This document shows positions 13,751 through 35,796 of a stretch of DNA of 64,000 nt, piece after piece. Origin of the DNA: Camelus dromedarius (lineage: Eukaryota); assembly GCF_036321535.1 (NCBI RefSeq), contig NC_087445.1, positions 46,748,001 to 46,812,000 of the forward strand, written 5' to 3'. Numbering within the stretch: position 1 is the stretch's first letter; each line of letters begins with the position of its first letter. The notes below the pieces were generated by a model. That model worked only from the letters and a program-made list of their open reading frames with translations, had not been told where the DNA came from and did no database searches. Both the position numbers and the translations under genes were made by a program.

Positions 13751-14462
13751 GGTGGCAGCTTCTCCTCTCCAGCCTGGCTACACCTGGTCCGTGGCATCGG
13801 GGCATTAGAATACACCCTCACTGGAGGAGATGGGCCCCCCCCAGATGGAGCCCCAGGAAAGGGATCCACCAAAGCAGGTAAGAATGAGGTTGTTTTTGTT
13901 TTATTTAATAATTTCAAAGAGTGAAAGACGAGTTTTATCAAGAGGACCAGTCCTAACTATCTAAGACATCTGAAGGAGAGGCTGGTCTGCAAGGTACAAA
14001 AGCAGGTCTGAAACACAGTGTTACCTGAGGACACTGCCCTGCTCCCAGCACTGGAACATGTGCCTCCCTTCTTTCTTCCAAGTGTTTCTTTCTTACCCCT
14101 TGGGTCCCTGCTCATCTCCTTTCTCAGCCCTGCCTCTGCCCTGTTTTCATCTTTCCTCATTCAGTCTTTTTCTCTTTTTGTCTCTTACTAAGTCCTGCTG
14201 GCTTCTCTCTGTCTGGGATTTCTAGAGCTCTGCCCTGACTCATATGACCTTCCCTCTTACACAAGGCACAAGCCTCTTTTTCTGCAGAATGAAGACGTTA
14301 TATTAGATAATCCCCAAGGGCTCTTGAGGCCTGCAAACACTGAACACTGACTCTAGCTAGTCTGGCAGGGAGGCCAAATACTGACTGTTCAAGCCATCCA
14401 GGCTCACTTGTCTCCACTTTCCTCTAACCTGACATGCTGGGGGCCTCCCAGAGGAGCTTGGC

Positions 14463-14472
14463 CCTTATTTGG
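14463..14472. promoter_or_regulatory. CArG box (SRF site) in TLN1 intron 1
   Basis: CCTTATTTGG, perfect CC(A/T)6GG. Confidence 0.55.
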
Positions 14473-15999
14473 CTTCCCCAGCAGTCAAGCTAGAATTATG
14501 ATTTTCTAATGCACGAGGATCTCAGAAATAGTCTAGTCAACTTTTCAATTTTGCAGAAGGGGAATCAGACCGGGTGTGGTGTGTGTGTGTTTCAAGGCAG
14601 GTCAGAGAAGACCCCAGTCCTTCTAACACAGTCTTTGTTCCTTCTGAGTCACCAAGTTAGTACTAAGTCCTCACCGTTAACTCTTATGCTCTCTCCTCTT
14701 CAGTAAGTCCTTCGCAAACCTTGCCCTCTATCTCAGCTGCCTCCGCTGATAGTATTTTCAGAGCAGCCAGGGATACTAGTACCACACAGCCCTCCCTCCA
14801 CCCTCCCCCACCCTCCAGCACCACTCAGTGGAGGCAGCAGGTGGCGCACAGTGCACAAGACAAGTCTGCCCGGCAGCTGATGATGTGACCCGGCTCCATA
14901 CAGGGATTGGTGCCCCTGACCTAAGAGCATGAGCAAATCCAGACTGCCCAGTCCCCTCTAGGCAAACTGCTAGCCCTGAGGGGGGAAAAGCAGGACTAGG
15001 GGTAAGGTTGGAAGCAGAGACGGGGATGTTAGGAAACAGAAGGCAGTTGAAAACCAGGGAAGTTTCGAAGGAGTGTGTTTTGGGAGGATGAAGAGATTAG
15101 AAGTGATTGAAAATCTAGGTAGAAAGAGACAGGAGGCAGATGAGGGAAAGGTCTGGATCAGGGGTCTGATACACCATTTCCAACCTTATAAATAACCTAG
15201 AGTCTCAAAAATTAAGAAACCACTTGCCCTCTATCTTTACTCCCAGCACCCCCAGTGACAAGTCTCTGTCCCCCTCCCCATTCCTGGGGCATTTCTCCCA
15301 ATAGCTGGACAGACCTGGCTGTCGGGTCGCTGGTAGGCTGGAGGGTCTGCGAAGCTGAGGGCACAATGAAAAGATCTGGCACCCTAAGCTGAAACTGCAT
15401 GTCTCCCCCCATTTCCTGTGGACATATGGACACCCCCTTCTTCCTCAAGCACGGAAACCTCTGGTGAGACCCCGATAAGGGAGTTGAGTCATGGCCACCC
15501 TCACTTTCAGCTTGGCCCTGAGTGGACATCCACATGGCTACAAGAGAGTGGGGGAGGAGAGGGGACTGAGGAGTGAATTGGGTGTAACTATAGAACAGAA
15601 TCAGGCCCCTGAAGTATGGTGAGAAGCTAGGCAATTCCTGTTCTGGCCTGAGAATTTTGCTCCCCTTTCCATCATGTTTTATGGAACAGCAACAATGCCC
15701 CCCCATGTCCCCCTCCCAGAGAACTCCTCCTCCCTCAAGACATTCCTGAGATGCATTCCAGAAGAGTTGGGCAATTGGAGGGGGGGGAATGGAGGACAGG
15801 AGGTCAAATCCCAGCAAGGAATGGAATGTAAGTGTACTGGGGGTAAGGAATTAGGGGTTCATAGAGAATATAGTCCGAGCAGATACCTACAAAGGGAGCT
15901 GCAGAAAGATAGGGAGTTACAGAGAGGAACAAAGGAGAGAGAAAGCTGAAGATAGAGTCAGATAGTAAGAGGGTTGGGGGAGTAACGCTCACTCTGTTA

Positions 16000-16009
16000 C
16001 CAAATTTGG
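16000..16009. promoter_or_regulatory. CArG box (SRF site) in TLN1 intron 1
   Basis: CCAAATTTGG, perfect palindromic CC(A/T)6GG. Confidence 0.55.
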
Positions 16010-16769
16010 CCTCTGAGTCTGTAACCGCGGGGAGTGGGGGAGGGTTGTGGGTGAGACTGACATATCCGGCCTCAGGCTGCTGGAGGCTCATTTAGGGCTG
16101 GACTGGGCAGCTGAAGGGCTGGACCTGACTTCCCCCAACACAGTCCTTCCCCACCTACATCCTTACACATGCATTCTCCCTAAATGTACCCCAGCTTATG
16201 CACAGAGCTCTTTCCTCCAAAAGTACTTGCAGTGTCTCTACATACACATGATCTCAAACACACAGCCCCTACACGGATCCATCACAACCACGTTATCTTC
16301 CTGAAAAGACTATCCCGTGTACACAGCTTCCCCATAAATACCTCTATTGGCAAACACACAAAACATTTGGCCCTAACATCTCTCCTCCCATTACTATCCA
16401 GTGAGTACTTTTGAGGGCCTATTGTGGGGAAGGCCCTTGGCCAAACTCTCAGTGGCTGGGAACGAAGAAGAGCCCTAGCCTCTGCCCTCAAGGGGCTCCC
16501 TGCCCTCCAGGGGCTCCCAGTCAACAGAGTGGATAAACCACTATAGAGTTATGACAGAGGCAGGATGTGGTGGTTAAGAGGCAAGCGGTACGTGCTCATG
16601 GGAGAGATCCCTTTAGTTTAGGGAAAGGGGACTAAAATGTCTCCATGCAAAGTGTCATTTGAAGTTAGGATTTTTAAAAATAAAGATAATAAAAAAGAAC
16701 AATAATCTGTCTTTTACTGACTATACGTCAAAGGCTTAGTGTACATTTTTCATTTAATCCTTATAACCC

Positions 16770-16930
16770 TGCAAGTTAGGTGTCGTTATTTCCATTTTTC
16801 CAGATTAGGAAACTGAGGCTCAACGAAGTTAAACACTTATTCAAGTACTTGTCCAAAGTCACATAGCTAATAAGTTGTGAAGCCAGGATCCGAACCCAGG
16901 TTTCTCTGACTCCAAAGCCCAAGCTCTCTC
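16770..16930 (-). mobile_element. MIR SINE
   Basis: Core motifs ATTTTTCCAGATTAGGAAACTGAGGCTC, CTTGTCCAAAGTCACATAGCTAATAAG, GAACCCAGG...CTGACTCCAAAGCCC. Confidence 0.85.
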
Positions 16931-16969
16931 CACTGTGCCAGCCAGCCAGCCGCCAGTCAGCCAGAGATG

Positions 16970-18460
16970 AGTCAAGGGCAGCATTCCAGGCAGACAGAAG
17001 TGCATAAGCAAAGGTGGAGAAGCAGGAAATCATGGAAGAGCATTCAGGGAAGTGAGTAGGCAGGCTGGTTGAAGCACAGAGTACCTGCAAGTGAGCAGCG
17101 ATGAGGAAGTCAAGGTTAGGATGGGACGGTAGGAGAGGACTCGAGGAGTATGCAGAATTTCACCATCCGGAGGGCAACAGGAGGCCAAGGGGGGCTTTGG
17201 GCAGGGAAAGGACATAACCAGAACTAGCCTGTAGGAAAATAACTCTGGCAGCTACCTTGGAGATTGCATTAGTACAAGTGAGAGGTAATGAAGGTGGAGT
17301 TAGAACAGTGAAAAGGAGAGTGTCTCTCATTAGAAATTTTAAGAGGTAGAACTGACAAGACCTGATGATAGTCTGTCCTGTCATCCCTCAGGAACCAGGG
17401 CCCAAAGTCAGGGTGGGGTCCCATAGCTTCCAGTCATTAGCAGCCATTCAGAGTGGCTAGAGCAGCTTGAGTTTAGGTAAGAAACTGGGAAGAGGGGGAA
17501 AGAAAGGATCAGGTGTTGCTGAGAATGTGAAGATGAGGCTGTGGTTAGGGGGTGTGGTCAGTAACCAAGTAGGTGCACAAGGGATAGGGTTAATGACTGT
17601 ATCAGGCTGGAAATGGGGAAGACAGTGTAGAGAAAGGCTGGGGAAGATAACAGTAGGAAAAATACAGATATAATTAGTCACTGGATGGGGCCGGAGAAAG
17701 AGGAAGAATAATTATGTGCACAGTGGCTAAGACAGGGAATGACAGAGTGAGGTCAGAGGCCAGGTTAGGCTGCAGGAGGTTGTGAAGAGATGGGGCTGTG
17801 GTCAGTGGCTAAATTAGACTGGGATGGCGGGGAGGAGACTGAAGGGATATTAGCAGTGTCTAAGTAAAGATGGAGTTGAGGGGGATGGGATGCAGCCAGA
17901 GGCTGGATCAAGCTGGGGAGGGGATAGTGTTGCGGTCAGTGCCAGGGTCAGGCTGGGAGTGAAATGGGGGCGTGGTCAGTGGCCTGGCTGGGCGTGGGAT
18001 CAGCAAGACCCAGTTTCCTCTTTGGTTCTCATTTCCTCTTTTCTGTTTGGGGGTGGGGGAAGGGGATCTATAACTGGATCAAGAAATTAAGGAGGTTTAG
18101 AATCAGGGAATGGCACATAGCAGGGACCTCAGGGACTTGGAAGTTGTGGTGGGCTAGGGGTGGGGTATTCAGCAGATGACCAGAATGTATGCAGGTGAAT
18201 GAGCAGGTGAAAATGGTGAGTGCTTTAAAATGATGGGAAAGCTCAGATTTGTGCGAGGTTAAATTAAGACGGCATGTGTGGATTAAGGGGTGGGAAGGGA
18301 GGTAGAATTGAGGCTGAGAACGAATGGTTTAAGGTGAACAGCATGGGAGAGCCAAATGCAAGGAAAGTAGTATGTAAGGGGTGAGGCAGGGAGGGTGTGC
18401 AATGCAGGGCCAGGGAGGAGAGTTGGAGAAGAGGGCTTAATTTCTAGGGAATGAGGGAAA
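16970..18460 (-). mobile_element. Degenerate L2 LINE fragments in TLN1 intron 1
   Basis: Purine-rich L2-antisense pattern (CATTCCAGGCAGA.AG, GGAAAATAACTCTGGCAGC, GGAGATTGC...CAAGTGAGAGGTAATG). Boundaries approximate. Confidence 0.65.
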
Positions 18461-19499
18461 TAGGAGGCAGCAGGGCTGAATTTTCAGAGGATTAAGCCAT
18501 CCCACTTTCGTATGGCAACAGTGTTTCCTTGGTCAGCTTCCCCTTAATCACCAGTCCCTTCTCCCCTAGGCAGTCCTCCACTTATGACTAGGCCATGTAT
18601 ACCTCCCCAGTCCCTAACCCTTTCCCACCTCCTATCTGGTAAACAGCGTGGTCCAAGAGCCCCTGCCCCTCAACTGTGGTGGCCACAGCAAGAGCCTTGG
18701 CCTTAGAGAATAGAAGGAAGAAGCTGGAATCCCAGATGTCCGCAATTCTATCTGAAGCTCAGAACCCTAGCCTGAAATTAGTTTGTCATTTCTCTGGGCC
18801 ACAAAAGCCCCCGTGACTACGCAGGAATAACATTCCTCACAAAACAAGGGCATCTACCTATTGCTAATGTGTTAAACTTTACCTGCCCAAGATCAACTAC
18901 CCTGACCTCAACTACAACCGCTAAAACTGTCCCTAATTCCTAATATTAACCCCGATCCTAATTTGTCTCCTGATTCCCAGTACTGGCTTTGACATTTATC
19001 CCTTTCCTAGCAGACACTTGTATCGAATCCCTGACCCCTAATTTTGATCTAATTTTACCTTTAGCACCAAATCTCGACCTTAATCCTAAATCTTGACCCC
19101 CTAAACCTAAATAATGCTCATTTGTCACTTGATTCCTGATTCACCTCTTCACTGTTTATCCCTAATACTAGCTATGCCAACGTTCTCTAATCCTTAAAAC
19201 TGGACTTCTAACCTAATTCCTGTTGCTGATCCTTAACCTGACCCTGAACTCTCTGACTTATGTTGGCCATCCTAGAAAAGAAAGTAATGCCCTCAATCCA
19301 AACTTCACCTACACAAAACAAACCTGACTCACACTAATAACTCTAAAGTTTAACCCCAGCTTTATAACTCCTAAAGTTAACCTTAACTGCTAAAATAACT
19401 CCACCTAATTCCCAACTCACCCAATTCGTTTCTACCCACATAACCGCTATCAGCTAACCTCAAAGCCGATCCCCGCCCTGCCACCCCACTTTTCACCCT

Positions 19500-20620
19500 C
19501 CCCCAAACCTATCTCAGATAGAGGACGGCTCCGAGGAAGGGTCTGGCTCCCGCAAAACGGCCTATGTAACTCCGAGCCCCAGCCGAGATACACTGGACGC
19601 TGACCTCTCCAACAGGACCCGAAGCAGGAGACGCAGTAGAGTCAGGGGCCCCGCCCGCCCGCCCGCCTCCCGGGCCTGGCCTCGCAGCCCCACCCTGAAG
19701 CCCCAGCTCGGCCCGGTCCGGCCTACCTGCGCTGCCCGGCTCTGTGCCCCGCCCGCCGGCCGCTAACCCGCTGCTTCTCCGGGTGGCTCTGGGGCTACGG
19801 CCTCGCCCTCCCTTCGACACTCTCTCGGCCACTTCCGTCCCGGGAACGTCCCCCACCCGCGGGCGGCGCCCTGGGCCGGCGCTCTATGGTCGCGGGGACT
19901 GCAGGAAGCTACTCTGGCCCCAGCTCTCGATGCTCGTGAGCCCGCCGCCCACCGGCAGCCCCTCCCCGGCAGGAAGCGAGGGTGCGGCGCAATCCGGAGA
20001 AAACGTTCGAACTGCGCCCGAGTTCCCTTTTAGGCTCTAAGCTTTCCTTTTTCTAGCCCGGGGCGAAGGTGGAGCCTCCTCCCCAGAATGCCCGCCCCGG
20101 GGTGTGAGCGGCGGCAGGGACGTCCCCTCTATTTGCATAGAGCCCGGGACGTGGCGCCGACCGCGGCGCTTCCGCGTCAGGAGGACTCCAAGTCCCGGGA
20201 TGCCTCGCGGGTAAGTGCGTCACTTGTGTTGTGTTGGAAGTTGCGGATAACTTGGAGTCTGGGTGGTGGGTCCGGTTTGTGAGCCACAGCTAGCTGCTCT
20301 GAGGAGAACCCGCTAAAGAGCGAGCGGATAGGTAGGGGCCGATCGACGGCCGGTGGGGGCGTCGTGCGTGGGATTTGGGAATGGGGCCGGGTGGAGGGTT
20401 CAACTCCTGGGTTACTGCTCATCTTTGCCGCAGATGTCTCATACGGAGCTGGCGTTGGACCCAGGTGATCATGACCTGCTGGACTTCCTGCTCGAGGAAA
20501 GCGGAGGTTTGGGGGCGGCGCCCGACGAGGCCCTTGAGGCTTCCCTGGATTGGGAGCTGCCGTTTTCTGAGGTGGGTGGGGGCTCTGAGTCGGGCAGGCG
20601 CGGGGCGGGGTAGGGGGGCG
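19500..20620. promoter_or_regulatory. CpG island / bidirectional promoter TLN1-CREB3
   Basis: Very high GC and CpG density between head-to-head genes; GC boxes, ETS site, octamer ATTTGCAT 20131-20138, GACGTGG and CGTCA motifs around 20148-20222. Confidence 0.9.
19727..19850 (-). other. TLN1: TLN1 non-coding exon 1 (5' end approximate)
   Basis: CAG|GTAGGC donor at 19726 inside the CpG island; exon 2 begins at 13783 with 33 nt of UTR; ETS motif CGGAAGT at 19831-19837. Confidence 0.7.
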
Positions 20621-23600
20621 TCCCTGTGGCTGGGGGTGGTGATAGGTAAAGGCCTGTCGGTTTGAACCCTGTGCAGGCACTGAACAATTGGGACATAGAG
20701 GATTTCCTAAGCTCCCTGTCGAGCCCCCCACCATCGTTGAACGTTCTCAGCAATTCTCGCCGCTGTCTTGTCCACCACGATCACACCTATTCTCTCCCAC
20801 AGGAGCATGTGTCCATAGATCTAGGTGAGTCTGAAATAAGTGAAGTTTTGGGGGAAGAGAGGTCTCATGGGCCTGGCTATTCATACTTTCTATTTTGCAG
20901 AGATTGAGAGCTATGGAAAAGAGGGGGCGCAGATGATTCCACTTTCTGTGGAAGAGCCAGCAGAGCAGGTACTTGACTTGATTTACAAGATTATTCCCAC
21001 ATTCCACGGGTTCGGGCAGGATTCCTCATTCCTTTCCGACATCCCCTTGCAACTCTGCTGCCCACCTTTCCGAAACCCCAGGAGATTGCTGGGCTAATAC
21101 TGACAGATGAGGAGAAGAGGCTATTGGACAAGGAGGGACTTACTCTGCCTGGGACACTTCCTCTCACTAAGGTAAGACTCCCATTGGAGAAGCAGAAGCT
21201 GGAGGTGGGTTGTGAGTCCCAAGTAGGCCAATTCTGTTAATTTTATATCAGTAACTTGAAAAAGGACTAAAGTGAGAGATTAGCAAATCAGCTGCTAGTT
21301 GGAAGCTGGAGCACATAGTTCATATGCCGGATGGAAAGGGCAGATCCTAGTTTTGTAGGGCTTGTGCACATTTTGGTGTTCTCTTTAAAAGAATTCAAAA
21401 TTATCAGTGTAATATTAGTTAAGAATTTGGAAGGTACCATAGAAGCAAGGGGCCCTGACACAGATTTCACTGGTTTCACACTAATCCACCTATAGCTGAA
21501 TGGTAAAATTGAGTTTTAGAGTTCATCAAGGCTGGACTATCTAGTATAACAAGGATAAATGTAAAATCCTGAGTTTTAAGTTTCAAGCAATGGGTGGCAG
21601 CTTCACATGTGCAGTATTGTGATACTGTGATGAAATCAATTGTTTGTTGACAGAAAGGTTAAGAGAATTTTAATTTCTTCATAGTACAAGATGAGTCAAC
21701 ATGTGATATGACTACTAAAAAAGTGAATGAGGTTTGGAAGCTGTGTCAGTAGATGCCTAGTATCTAATAGTGTCATCTCTAGAAGGGTAGTAACCATCTT
21801 GCTCTCCTTTATACTGGACAAAACACATTAGTGTTCAAATTTGAGCCCAGATCTTTGACAGATATTAAGACGGTGAAGTCCATCCTGAGGAGAGAAGATG
21901 ATGACTTAAAAATTTTGGCTAAATTTTTTTTTTAACTCTGAAAAAAAAAAAAAGGTGTGCTTTAAAATGGCTAAAGATCTTTTTTCTATATGGCCTCAGA
22001 GATTGGGTGCTAGGTAAATCTAGTAGGTGGAAATAATAAAGGCAGATGTTGGCTCATGATAAGGAAGTCTTTTTTTTTTTAATTAATAGAATTACTAAAG
22101 TGGTCTGGCTTCTGAGGGCATTAATGCTTGGTCCTTGGAAGCATTCAGACAGAAGCAGAGTGCCTATTGGTCAGGGAAGCTGTAGGAGTTTCCACATTGG
22201 GAAGATTGAACTCAGTTGCCTTCAAACTCTTTGATCTAATGTTCCTCTGATGATACCCCTTTTCCCTTCTCTCAGATGGAGGAACAAGTTCTGAAACGGG
22301 TGCGGAGGAAGATTCGAAACAAAAAGTCTGCTCAAGAGAGCCGCAGGAAGAAGAAGGTGTATGTGGGGGGTTTAGAGAGTAGGTATGTAGGGTAGAGGGA
22401 CTCGGGGGTGGTGGTGGGGAAACAGGTCATTGGAAGGGTTAGGTTTTTGAAGGGAGGATACAGGCTGTATCCCCACATCCCTGTTATTCCCCCAGGGTCT
22501 TGAAATACACAGCCCAGAATCTGGAGCTACAGAACAGAGTCCAGCTCCTGGAAGAACAGAATCTGTAAGCAACTCTTCAACATCAGTCTTTTCTCATCCT
22601 TCCCACTTAATACTGTCTCACTCTTTCCCCTGCTCCATACTTCATTTCTGACTGGGTAGCTTCCCCATGTGAGGTCTGATGCTTGGCCTTTAGTGGGTCT
22701 CTAGTTCCAAGAGGCTCACAGTAATGGGGAATAAATTCACAAATAATTATGGATATGTATCAAGAAAGAGAAAGGATGGAGTAAGAAAGACCTTTTGTGG
22801 CAGATGGCATTTGATAGTGATAGGATTCTGGGGTGGGTGGAGAGCATTCTAGGCAGAGAGAACACAGCACAGTCTAGTCCAGCCGGAACCTAACATAGGT
22901 GAGTTGGGCCAGAAGGCAGAGAATGTAGAATCCCTGGTGAGGATTCTGTGTGGAGCAGGAGAACCACTGAAGGTGTTTGCAAAAGGAGTTTAAGTCAGGG
23001 CAGGGCAGAGGGTGTGTGTTTGTTTTAATGAGGAACTTCAGGCATTTTGTTTACAGAGAGGAAGAGATCACTTGCAAAAATAGGTCAGAAAGTAAAAGAG
23101 AGGATCCAGTGCACAGATGGAGAGGGTGGCTTAACAGGATGGTTTTGTTGTATGTTATGTCAGGGTGCCAGGCCAGAGCCTGGTCACTGCCCCCCTCTCT
23201 CCCCCTAGGTCCCTTTTGGATCAGCTGAGGAGACTCCAGGCCATGGTGATTCAGACAGCAGACAAAGCCAGCAGCAGCAGTACCTGTGTCTTGGTGAGGA
23301 TGGAGAGATTCTTTCCTCAGGTGGCATAGGGACAGGGGTACAATCCAGAGCCTTTATCTCTTTTTTTCCTGTGCTCCAGGTCCTGCTGTTCTCCTTCTGT
23401 CTTCTCTTCATGCCTGCTATGTACTCCTCTAACACAAGGCAGAACCTGCCAGCTGAGCACAGAGGTGAGAGGCTTGAGCATGCCATTAAGGGAGGGCTAG
23501 GGCAGAACCCAGCCTGCCCCTGAACAGTCTTTGTCTCCTCAGTGTTGTCCCGCCAGCTTCGTGCCCTCCCCAGCGAGGACCCTCACCAGCTGGAGCTGCC

Positions 23601-23859
23601 TGCCCTGCAGTCAGAGGTACCAAAGGACAACTCAGATCACAAATTCCAGGCTCCTAGCAACTCTTGCTGCCTGTTCTACCGCATGTCTCAGGTTCCTGGT
23701 GCAGAGTGTTCCCTGAAGTTGCCACTGCTTGACCATTTCTCAAAGTCCTCCTGCCCAGGTCCTATCTTACCCCTGCATGCAAATGTCACGAGAGAGGGAG
23801 GATGGCTCCCTAGCTGTAGCCCCATGTCTGTTATCTTGCAGGGCAGATACTCAGGCTAG
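20434..23859 (+). CDS. CREB3: CREB3 / Luman / LZIP, ER-membrane bZIP transcription factor, 368 aa
   Basis: Exons 20434-20571, 20677-20824, 20901-20968, 21082-21171, 22276-22382, 22496-22564, 23209-23293, 23380-23464, 23543-23859 (1107 nt). HCF-binding motif DHTY, basic region [21 protein letters not shown], leucine zipper, [18 protein letters not shown]1P-type site RQLR, C-terminus LQGRYSG. Confidence 0.98.
21490..22235 (+). mobile_element. CR1/L3 LINE 3' fragment in CREB3 intron 4
   Basis: AACAAGGATAAATGTAAAATCCTG, GATGAGTCAACA.GTGATATGACT.CTAAAAAAG, CCTTGGAAGCATTCAGACAGA typical of decayed CR1 RT end. Confidence 0.7.
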
Positions 23860-24008
23860 ATGTGAGGATTTGGGGTTCCTCAGCCAGACACTGGTGCCCC
23901 CAGTCCAGGTTCAAAGGAAAAGGAATGGGAGAGGGCTAGCCTCAGGTCTTGAGCCCTGTCAGGAAGCCTCAGGATCAAACACACTACACTTACTGGTTTT
24001 CTGGGTCT

Positions 24009-24014
24009 TTTATT
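24009..24014 (-). terminator. Poly(A) signal of GBA2
   Basis: TTTATT on + (AATAAA on -) ~320 nt past the GBA2 stop. Confidence 0.7.
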
Positions 24015-24138
24015 TGTACCCACGTATGTCTGCCACCCCATGAATGGGCCTGGGAGAATCAATCACGCATTCACCCCATGAATGGACCTGGGACCTCCTT
24101 GAGCATTTCATGCAGTGAGGGGATGGGGTGAAGAAAGA

Positions 24139-24144
24139 AATAAA
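24139..24144 (+). terminator. Poly(A) signal of CREB3
   Basis: First AATAAA downstream of the stop at 23859. Confidence 0.75.
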
Positions 24145-24332
24145 TAAGTGATTCTGATGCTTGGGGTACCCTCAACCCCTCTCTGCTGGCGCCTTTGGGT
24201 GAGGAGAAGGGAAGGCATGATTGTCCTGGTGGCTCAGGGCTGCAGGAGACTGGGTGGGGTTGGGGTGGTGGAGGAGGAAAGGCCGGGCTGGAGGCTGAGC
24301 TGTTAGTGCCTCCTTCCCACAGTTCAGAGGGC

Positions 24333-34760
<10,428 letters not shown>

Positions 34761-34849
34761 GACCTCGATAGTTTCGGGTCCCGAGCTTTCTGGTGCAAAG
34801 TATCTGGTCAGCCAAGCCCAGATGCAGGCGCCGACTGTTGTTAGGTGCC

Positions 34850-35650
34850 GTCTCGGAGGGCCGGCCTCTTGGGAAAGGGGAGGTGAGCTGGTGTCTCCGT
34901 GGATCCGGGAAGCTGTTGCTGCTGCGGCGGCGGCGACAGCAATGAAGCTGCCAGGAGCTCCCCCTCGGTGTTCTCTCTGGGTTCTGGGCGGGAAGGATCG
35001 GGCCTCGTCGTCATTGGGCCGTGGTGATTAGCTGGCCCGGGCAAAGGGCGACTGGGCCCGCAGAGAGGGGAGGAGTTCCCCGGGACCAGCCCGCCAGGCA
35101 CCGCCCCCAGGACCAGCCTGGCAGTTGGCGGCAGCCTCGGCCCCGTCCCCCGGCCGCGGAGCCAGGCCCCCCAGGGTCCCGCCGGCCGGTGTCCGGGGCA
35201 GGCCCCGCACCCGGGTGCCGGCCCGTGGGAAGGTGACCCAGGGCGGCGGCACCACTCGAGCCCCTTCCGGCCCAGCCGGCCGGGCGCTTCCGGTCGGAAG
35301 GGGCTCGAAGAAGGGGGGCCGAGGGAAGTCCCGCCTCTGCCGCGGCCGCAGCCACGCACTTAGCCCGGGCCCGGAGGGGCGGGCGGCGGAGGGCCTCGGT
35401 GCACCGAGCCCCCAGATTTCGACCGTGCGAGGTGTCCGGGCTGGGGAGCGAGGTGACGGGCGGCTGTGACCCTGGACTGGGACGTGGAACCTTGAGGGAA
35501 GAGGGGCGGAGGCGACCGGGGGGTTCCGGAGGGTTTAGGGGGAATGACCCGGCGCGTGGAGGGGCGGGGGGCTGGGCCCCGGAGCTACGCCCTCCACCTA
35601 GGCAGTACCGAGTCAGCTGTCACCGTACCTCCCTTCCGCCTTCCCGCGCC
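34850..35650. promoter_or_regulatory. CpG island / bidirectional promoter GBA2-RGP1
   Basis: CpG-dense block between head-to-head genes; inverted pair of ETS cores CTTCCG-GT-CGGAAG at 35287-35300; GC boxes. Confidence 0.88.
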
Positions 35651-35796
35651 CCAAATCTGGACGCTTCCCTTTGACACCGGGGTTCTGACCGCCCATTTCC
35701 TCGGTCCTCACCCCTAGGCTCGCCTGAGACACCCCTCCCTGCCGTGGTACTGACCTCTGACACCTGTTTCCTTCTAGATCCGATTCCGGAGCTGCC

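Noticed and set aside
20825-20900. CREB3 intron 2 retention as an in-frame isoform (as I recall for mouse LZIP)
   Set aside because: Intron is 76 nt here; retention shifts frame and hits TGA immediately in exon 3.
34841-35674. Several 90-172 aa ORFs across the GBA2/RGP1 promoter
   Set aside because: Non-ATG starts and Pro/Gly/Arg/Ala-rich composition expected from CpG-island DNA; only the ATG-initiated uORF was kept.
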